This document shows positions 54,631 through 64,000 of a stretch of DNA of 64,000 nt, piece after piece; positions within the stretch are counted from its first letter, which is position 1; each line of letters opens with the position of its first letter. Position numbers and translations under genes: made by a program. Source of the DNA: Chrysomallon squamiferum. Its lineage: Eukaryota > Animalia > Mollusca. The stretch lies in contig CM022668.1 in assembly GCA_012295275.1 (NCBI GenBank), positions 5,084,001 through 5,148,000 of the forward strand. The letters are read 5' to 3'. The notes under the pieces were generated by a model. That model ran no database searches and had not been told where the DNA came from. It saw only the letters and a program-made list of their open reading frames with translations.

Positions 54631-56004
54631 TAAAATAATACAGTAATATGTGTGAAAAAACTACTGAAGAATTTATAAGTAATCGAACTTCGTATGATCC
54701 TTGGCTGATTTACTTCACCAGACCTACTGCTAATTTTTTTTTTCTTTTTTTTTTTTTTTTTTAAATTCTAATAGTGCAAAAATGCATATTAAAAACATAT
54801 TTTGTTTTCCATCGATAAAAGCAGCCCAGCTGAGTTGTACCTCTTGACCATTAAGTTTTAAAATCAATGTAACATCGTCTTTACTAGCCCAGTTTGACAT
54901 ACTGGTCACAATAGCAGGAAGAAAGTCGCCACGCCTGCTTCAAACAAACAACAAGTACCTCACATATTTTATCAAAGGACACAAAATGAACCAAGTAACT
55001 TGTCCATTTGTCGGATCTTGGCCGTGTTAACATTAGTCTATAACGATTCTCCTTTTTTTTTTTTTTTTTTTTAAATTATTATTATTATTATTATTTCTGT
55101 GTTGAGAATAATAATACTGCCCTTTACTGAAATCGTACATCCTTTGTTTGTCGTGACATTTAGAAATATTATATAAACACATCCCCCCACGTCATTCAGA
55201 GTCAAAATGAAAATAGCGATAATTAATTAATTAAAAAAATATGTTATAGTCAATGGATCGACTTATTTCAAACATTATCGAACTCTGCTCTTTAATAATA
55301 TTTTGCGGTACTGAATAGGCCTATGATGTGCCGCTTTATATAGTCCTAAACCAAGGCCGTATGGATTAAATTTATCTGAAAGACATTAATTATAAAAAGG
55401 GATCGTTGTTTCACGCTGTTATCCGAAATGCAAATGATATATAATTAATCTCATTTATTTATTTATATTTTGGAGATGGAACTATTAGGTTCATTAGTTT
55501 TTCTTTCTCAGCTTCTTCCTTTCTCTATCTGCCTGTAAACATTATATTGTGTATGTTACTATGTACATGTTATATCATTTTGATTCAAGCTAAAGCTATG
55601 AAAAGCGTGCTGGAAATAAATAAAATAAAATTTCTTGAAAGCTGGCATTAATTATCTCAATGTAATTATCGCAATATCGAAAATAAAGTATTTATTTATT
55701 TAGATGTCTTCATGGTGCCAGTGCCCGGGACATGACAGGTGTGTTGCGCCCCCTAACCCACGGAAATTAGCGATCCCTCAACGCCTTCCACTAGTCAGTA
55801 GTGAACCCAAAACGGCCCCTCCCATGCTATGCCGCTGTAATATATATATATTGTTTATTTACTGTTGTTGTTGTTGTTGTTTATATAATAAAAGTGTAAT
55901 GCAGTTTGAAATTATCTATTTATTTATTTAATAAAATTTTGACGAAAACATGTTATTTTGAAAATTAGTAGTGATAGGGAAAGTAGTATAGCAGGTGCTT
56001 TCTC

Positions 56005-56055
56005 TAATTTCCGGTTATTTCCCCCGCGAAATTTTAGCAGACGAGTGTATTGGTG
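56005..56055 (+). promoter_or_regulatory. Putative USP37 promoter (E2F-like site, ETS-like TTCCGG, CCAAT)
   Basis: tttccgg...ttcccccgcgaaa (TTTCGCGG on minus) and attgg at ~56049; NRF1-like tgcgcatgtgca at ~56491. Confidence 0.4.
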
Positions 56056-58254
56056 AGATATAATAATTTTTATGTTTATATGCTATTTATAGAGGATGTT
56101 ATTGTTGGAAATATCAACATTTCATAGTAGTATGCATTTGGTATAAATTCGATTACCAGTGGAGCAATAAGAATGAAAATTCAGATATAGAAAATGCTGA
56201 GCATCTCTCATTCATCTGAAGTTAAATGTACCGTAACCTACTGCCGTACTCAGTACAGAGTACTGACTACTTGTATCCAGTAAATTGTAATCGGATCAAA
56301 GTTTGCCTTTCAGAAGATTTACTTATTCATTTATAACCTTTCACACCGACCATCCACTCTACTTTTTATCAATAAGACTTATAAACTAGAGTAAATTAAT
56401 CTTCCAGTTTGCATTTTAAAGATTAAAGAAAATCGTTTTACATTTACCAAAAACGAACCGCTTTTCGGGCTATAAAATTAAAAATTAATTTGCGCATGTG
56501 CATTATGATGAGTCCTAACTGGGAGAATTTATACTGCACCTTCTTCCAAGTTCAATTAACTTTAGACAACAGTCAAAAAAAATAAATGTAGGATATTTGC
56601 TCACACAAGAAGTTAGGATATTCTGTGAAATAATTATATGTCATTAGACTGATTATTAATTTATTCAATTATAATTAATTTCACATTCAAATTTCTTTTA
56701 TCAGAACACAACAGGAAATAATGGAAATATGAAAAATAGATAAATTATGTACTAAGATTGTAAGATTATTTTATTTGTACTCAATTTGACATGGTTGTGC
56801 AAGTAAATAAAGACAGGTTATTCAAACTGATGGGAAAATTGCAGTAGGGGTGTACAAAGCTCATAAAATCCTTTGATATGTACTCCATCCAAGTAACTTA
56901 AACTCAAAAGTTGGGTTCTTCTGATTGACTGTTTTTAAAGTTCTCTGTGAGAGGCACTAAGTCACAGCTATTCCTGATTTGGATTGCGTTGAGAGTACTA
57001 TAGTTATAGATGCATTAGGACTTCATATTATTCTTAAATTCTAAAGGCATATAGAAATTATCACGTCCAACAGAAGCAAAGATAAGCAGTGTTACAAAGG
57101 GCTGCATGTGTGTGCAGAAGATCACCAGGACAGACTGAATTTGCTGAGTCTGCTACAAACAAAGGTTCTCTGACATCCAAGTCATTTGTGGTTCACAACC
57201 ATACTGGAGGTGAAAATGAAGTCATCAAGCTTTGCTGTACCATGAAAACCTGTGCTAAGAACTCCAGACCAAGCAGTGAAGATTACCTCCCTCTTCCCTC
57301 CAGAGGTATTAAATGTCACCAGCAACAGCTGAGATATGTCAAACAACATGCATGATGAGTGGCACTTTGCATTTAATCGATATCCAGATATTTACACAGC
57401 AACTGTTGTACTCCACAAAGATTCTGCAATGTTTTCAACTGTGATGATCTAGTTTTAAAAAGGAGAAGACATCAGGTGACCCCAGACACAATTGTACCAG
57501 CAGGATCAAGGCAACTCCAAATTCAGAAATTCAAATTTATCATGGAAAATTAATGTGTATGAATTCCTTGAGTGTTAGACATTCAGTTTGATTGTAAACA
57601 TAAAATTTCTTTTACTTTTTTTAACTTTTGGGGTAAAAAACTGTCCACTGGGAAATGTTCTAGTGAGCAAAGGTTCTGACACCAAGTATATTTGTATGCA
57701 AAATTGTCATAACTTCAATGTAAAACTGCATAATCCATAATTATCCACACAGTTATGATTATAAATAATAATTTTATAATTATCAACTAGTTAAATAAGA
57801 CTGAATTAATTGCTGATGATTCGGAATTAAACAAACTAAGAATTTAGTTTCAAGTATTAATTTTTGTAGGATATATAGTTGCTATAGTCAAAGTTCACTG
57901 GATGATAACAGACCAGATCATGTATAGTTAATATTTTTATTAAGTTATTGGTAACGAAATAATAATTTGAAAAATGCTAAACATATCAGATACTTTACAC
58001 AAATATTAAATACTTCTCATATATCATTATATGTCAGTGTTTAAAAATTTGATTTCAGAATTTGAATACAAAATTCCAGTTAGAATTTTTTATATATAAA
58101 AGTTTAAAGTTTAAAATATTTTCTGAATATATAAAATTGCATGTAATTACATTCAGAAAATGTCTGATCTAAATTATTATTTATCAAACTTTTAAATAAA
58201 GTAGTATATAAGTAGAAATCTGATTCATCTTTCAGAACAGTACATTTTGTTACC

Positions 58255-60023
58255 ATGAGCAGAAAACTGATAAATATAACATGCTGTGGACAGTTGAAAT
58301 ACTCTGGATCTTGGACTGGAACTTCAAGATGGAAGTCTGGTAAATTTGTTGTCTGTGGAAATTATCCAGATGTGCAGTGTCAACTCTTTATTGACTGCAA
58401 TGCAGATACACCTGTCCGCACTTACAGGGTATTTTAATGAATATAATTTATATTTACTTGTTTTTAATTTCTTTTGTCACTCGTGCTAATTAACAAATGT
58501 ATCTGCATCTTCTAATACATCTTTTTGTTTTTCACTTAGAATGTATAAAGAATTAATCAGCTGATACTAATTTAGTTTTTATTTTATTTTATACACTACA
58601 CTATTTTATACAAAAAAATAATAATAATAATAATAATAACAGGGTGAATTTTTTTTTTTTTTCATAAATTGTTTTATCACTAAAAAAGAAAAAGGTCACT
58701 TTGAAATCATTTTGTTCAGTATTAAAATAATGCTTTCTCTTTTGTACAAAGAATATGTGTGCATGCGTGCATGCATGTCTAAAACTAGAAAGTGTTAACT
58801 TTGAAATAGAGGATTTGACTTTCAACAGAAAACATTTATTTTAGCTATCACCTCTGACTGTTGAAAAAATAGTTTCAAAGACTCACATGGTGATGAGTAT
58901 GAGGAACCGTGACAATATTTATTTCAAAGCCTTGGGTTCAGCTGAACAACACAAACTGGAAGAAGCAGTGAAACTAATTAATGACATCATAAAAAGTAAA
59001 CCAGGTAAAAATCTAAAATTAAGAAATTAATAATTCATGATTGATGAATTTGAACATAAAGTTTTATTACAACATTAGTTTGTCAAGTAATGAAGCAATG
59101 ATAAATTGCAAATAATGCAATTTATTTAAGCTGTTCTTTATACTAAAGATGAACTATAGAAGTAGATTAGTGTGTGTGTGTGTGTGTGTGTGTGTGAGCT
59201 TGCATAATTAAATAAAACGTGCTTTCCTCAAGGTGAGCCATTATAATTATGCCCTATAGATGGAAACAGTGCAGTATGATTTAAGAAATCCTAACAGTAG
59301 TATGCCTTACAAAATGGCTGATTACTAATAAGTTTCAGAAATCAAAAAATAAATCTTGTTATGCTTTTTTTCAAATTGTTTCAGTAGTTTTTATGAAAAA
59401 TATGACTGAAGAGGCACACTATAAAAGATTTCCTTTATTTTTATTAGAAATGTATTACATAAAATTTAGTGACATTTATTTGACCATAAGTTTTTGTTTT
59501 GGTTCTCTGTAGATCGTTTATTGAATGCAAATGATATGTTTGTAATTGAAAGTGAACCAGCATCAAAGAAAGTATCAGTTTCAGACTCTCCAAAACAATT
59601 TACAAGGTAATAAAAACATTATTTCTAAATAGCTATATTTTTAATATTTTCGTTTCTTTACCACTTTTCAAATCTGACCAGAAAATGATGATGATGATAT
59701 ATTTTTTGTTATTTAATGCCTGCTTTTAATTAGTGATTATCATTTATGTTTATTTATTTGTTGTTGTTATTATTATTTTATATGTTTTATTTTTATTTTT
59801 TTACATTATTTTTATATACTTGAAACATTTGGCTTCAGACAGATTGTTCTTTCTCCTTCTGTGCCAAAGGTGTCCCAAAAGTGTGAAATGCTTCAGTATT
59901 AACTGAAAAAAAATGAATGTATAATGATTATCTTATTATTTATAGCATTTTGTTTTACTATTTTATTCTCTTGAAATCTTGATACTACTATTCGTATTAT
60001 TACTGTTATCCTTGTTGTTGTTG

Positions 60024-60088
<65 letters not shown>

Positions 60089-60953
60089 CATTATTATTGT
60101 GAGTATAGTATGAAGGAAAATAACAGAACCACACAGAAAAAGGATTCAGTAGAACCGCAGCTTTTCATAGATGACATTGAAGAAGATTTTAAAGAAAATA
60201 CATTTCGGTAAGTAGTCATTACCTTCCTTGATGAATAATATGCCTTTATATAACATATAAGTGACAAAAGGAATTTAAAATTCTTGTGTTAGTTATAAAA
60301 TGACTCCAGTATATGGGAAAGGTTACTGATTTATGTATTTATATTTGTCCAGAAGATTCAATTGCAGTGCTGTGTATTCTGGCATTGTGTATTGTTCAGT
60401 ATGTGCATGTGTGTGAGTGTGAGTGGGTGGATGGGTGGATGTGAATGTGTAATATGCACATGTGCACATGCATTTATATATATAGTCAGTCGTTCTTGTA
60501 ATCTTATGGAAAAAACAACAAAGAAAAGAGAATGGAAAAATAATGAAGCTTGTTTATGTGGTTATACAGCTTGACAAGCTTATATTTCTAAATGTTACCA
60601 TGTAAACCAGTCGTGTATACTATCAGTAACGTAATGTTTGTAAGAAAATATTATATCTGTTAGGCATCCATCCATCCATCCTTCTGTCTGTCTGTCTATC
60701 TGTCTGTATAATTCTGTTTTCAGGGGCCCTGGTAAAAAACAGCAGGAAGAACAGTTCTGTCAGCGAGGTCAAGCTTTGAAATCGATTGTCACTGGCGACT
60801 TCTACAACAGCACACCTGCAGGTCAAAAGTCATATGGATTTTTTGCCACCTCAGGATCTGGGTAATTTTATATTGTGAATGTCTTGAAAAAAAAGATTAA
60901 AGAAAACCCCCCTAAGAAACAAATTCCTTTACACATCTAGCATAAATTATAAT

Positions 60954-60987
<34 letters not shown>

Positions 60988-63379
60988 TATATTCTTTTGG
61001 ACAGTTAATTTTCTTTTTATGTATTTACATATTAAACAAAAAAGGCCCATCAAGTTTTTTTCGTGTTTTAAGATTTAACCAGTTTTGTTTTCAGAGAAAC
61101 GAAAACAATATGAAATTCTTTTTAAAAAGGTTTTAAAAGATTCTTGTTGATAATGTATGTTTTTCTTCACAGTGTTAAGAGGCCTGGCCTGATGCCATTT
61201 AACCCACAAGATCAAGCAAAAAGACCACGACTTTTATCAGACAAAATTTCATTTTCCTGGCAGAATCGTTCACTTGGTCAAACCAAACAAACATCGGCAC
61301 TGCAAGGGTATGTCGCCATTAAAATTAATCTTGCTGCTCTATCTCATTATTTAATTTCCTCTTTTTAATAATTCTGTGTAAATGTAAGAATAATATAAAT
61401 AACGGGTAACGAATGAAAATAAGAGTAAAAAGAGACTTTCCCTTTACAGTTAATAAATTGTTTTCAAAACTTTCTAGGATGGATAGAGATATTTTTCACA
61501 TGATAAAAATGATAACAGGTTAATACATTTAAGTTAAGCTTACATGAATACTTTTTGTGTTTTTGTTTACTTGTTTTTTGTTTATTTCATTATTTATTTA
61601 TTTAGTTAGTTTTGTATTTATTATTATTATTATTATTATTTTATTATTATCTTATTTTATTTATTTTTAAAATAAGTATTTTATAACTTGTTTTTAAAAG
61701 TCTTTTCTTTATTTTTTTTTTTTATTATTATTATTTCATTTATTAATTATTTATTAATTTTTTATTTTTTTATTTTTTATCTAGGTTTTCCAATCTGGGT
61801 AATACGTGTTACATGAATGCAATATTACAATCTCTCCTGGGTCTGGATCCATTTAGCATTGATGTACTTTATACCAACAGAAAAATACACAGACTGCTTA
61901 CATCCAGTTCCTTGTATGGGTTAGTAAAGTTTAATATTCAGATTTTTTACTTTATTTATGGTGTTACATTAGTAATAGTAGTAATAATAATAATAATAAC
62001 AGTAATAGTAACAACAACAACAAATGCAGAAGTAATACAACTGACCTAATAACCTGAAAATGTTCTACAGCAATGTTGCATTCATTTTAACTATGGTGTT
62101 TTAATTTGTTAATTTATCTTTTAAAATAACACATTTGACAAAAAGTTTAGTGATAAACTTATTACAAATTCCTTTTTTTTTTAACTTTTTTTTTTTGTTC
62201 TTTCCATCATTAAATTTCTTGTACACTTCTACAGTTATAATAGATTATTAAATCCATTTTCAATCTTTAAATATTTCCTATTCTAGCCAGTGCCCTAGAG
62301 TTGCTTAATCAACAGTTGTAGTATAAACATTCCCATCTGTGGGAAGGTGTTTGTAAAGCATACATTATTGCTAACAGATACAGTTGGCTGAAAGAGTATC
62401 AAAATTGTGATTCTCTTATCACATACAAATATCCTCCGGTATTTGATATCTAACAATGATTAATGTTGACATTTACTGAAATAGTCTAGCACATTCATTT
62501 ATTCGTTTGTATTTTCAGCGCGTTGGCAAGATTGATGAATTCTCGTAGCAAATCGACAGAAAGTGACCTCAGTCGCAGAGATATGTTGAGAAGCATCAAA
62601 AGTGCAATATCTTCCACTGCTCGTAGATTTTCGGGTTATCAGCAACATGTACGAGTTAATTTGTTCTTTTCAAAAATTGTGTGTGTACACATGCTTTTGC
62701 AAAGTGTATGTGTTTATTTTGCTTGTGTGTGTATGTTTGTTATAATGGGTATCTTTCTGATCTGGAAACATGTTCTGTATTTGTAAATTTTACTCTGGAA
62801 AACAAAAAGTGAATCAGCAAGTCTTTTTTTATATATCAAATTAAAATTTTCCACATAAATATATTTCATTCTAGAAGAGAAAAACAGAACAATAAAATAA
62901 AATAAATAAATAAATTAACGGTCACATACCATGTCTGTACAAAATCATTTTAACATTTTTTACTTCAGGATGCCCATGAATTTCTAGGTCAGGTTTTAGA
63001 CCAGTTGAAAGAGGAGGTCACAAAGATAACAAAAGCGACTCCTAGTCCTCACAAAGATTTGAAGGAGCCAGCTCACTGTGTGTTTGTAAACCCAACGCAG
63101 GACAACTTTGAGTTTGAGGTTCTGCATACCATAACTTGTTTGAAGTAATTCACTTTTCACCTTCTTTTTAAAGTTTTGTCTTTTCTTGTTGTTAAATATA
63201 AATTTTGGAAACAGAATTTGACACTGTATTGTGTATCTAATACAGATAGGACATAGGTTGATGATACAAAATGAAATAATCTTCTCTTTTTTTTTTTCTT
63301 TCTTTTTTTTAAGTTGTCAAGAAGAAGTCGCAAAAGCTGAACAGTTCAATGACCTTTCAGTAGATCTGCCCCAAACCAG
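58255..63379 (+). CDS. USP37: Ubiquitin carboxyl-terminal hydrolase 37-like, 5' part (continues beyond the window)
   Basis: Exons: 58255-58428; 58845-59004; 59513-59606; 60109-60207 (two KEN motifs); 60724-60861; 61173-61307; 61785-61919 (Cys box GFSNLGNTCYMNAILQSL); 62519-62648 (AISSTARRFSGYQQH); 62969-63144 (DAHEFLGQVLDQLKEE...FEFEVLHTITC); 63314-63379 (EQFNDLSVDLP). Phases are consistent. Confidence 0.93.
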
Positions 63380-64000
63380 GTAAAATATTTAATTAATTTT
63401 TAAAAAGAAAAACAAACTCACAATATACTTGGCTTTTATGATTATAATAAATTTCAGCAAACCTTATGTTTTTTTTTTTTAATCTTGGTTAAAACTGTTT
63501 TAAGGCAATTTTGTGAAAAGGCACTCTCATCCATGAATGCTAAAATTGAACTGAACTGTTTGATCTTAAAACACAGTCACAAAGTTGAAAACAAATTACG
63601 ATGTTACTTTCACCTGATTTGGAAGAAATAATGTTCAGCAGTAACATAAAACAACTTGTTTTCAGTCACTTTTAATGTGATACCAATCATATACTTTTTG
63701 TGATTAATTTAATTATACTATGTTGACAGCACATTTAAAACTTATTTTGCGATGCTCATTATTTATGCATTTATGATATTTTGCAACAAGTACATATAAG
63801 AAAAATGACAGCCACATATTCATTGTTGTCAATTTATGTTGTATGTTATAAGCAAAGGTTGATCTCCAGAAGTAAAATTAATTGTTTGGATTTGTATGTT
63901 AAAATTATACAATCCTTATACACTGATAGAGCTGTCACATCAAAAGTATACAAAAAACCCTTGTATGTTGTTTCCGTCATAACTGTACGTTGAACAAAAC

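Noticed and set aside
57089-57550. 88-aa ORF and GC-richer tract upstream of USP37
   Set aside because: No recognisable motif or phase-compatible splice sites; probably a decayed transposon fragment, but I cannot assign it.

Overview
AT-rich, microsatellite-laden eukaryotic DNA from an invertebrate animal. The repeat landscape suggests a mollusc or cephalopod, which is an inference. Nearly all ORFs in the supplied track are microsatellite translations. Reading splice sites by hand gives four spliced loci. (1) A minus-strand gene at 19870-31850 for a secreted protein: signal peptide, about 17 frame-preserving phase-1 microexons of 9-30 nt encoding a Thr/Pro/Lys linker, and two 6-Cys beta-defensin-like domain exons, the second with an in-frame TGA. 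A 5'-truncated ~12 kb array at 6.3-18.5 kb holds three more copies of the domain-plus-microexon cassette. (2) A ceramide-kinase-like gene (minus, 35.1-40.9 kb) with a frameshifted last exon. (3) A complete cyclin Y (minus, 44951-53256). (4) The 5' part of USP37 (plus, from 58255), head-to-head with cyclin Y. Also present: a MULE transposon remnant, several minisatellites (one built from a cyclin Y exon/donor junction) and a seven-copy ~95-bp non-coding element. The best candidate for an undescribed system is the microexon/defensin-like gene and its array, which resembles schistosome MEG architecture and is invisible to the ORF track.
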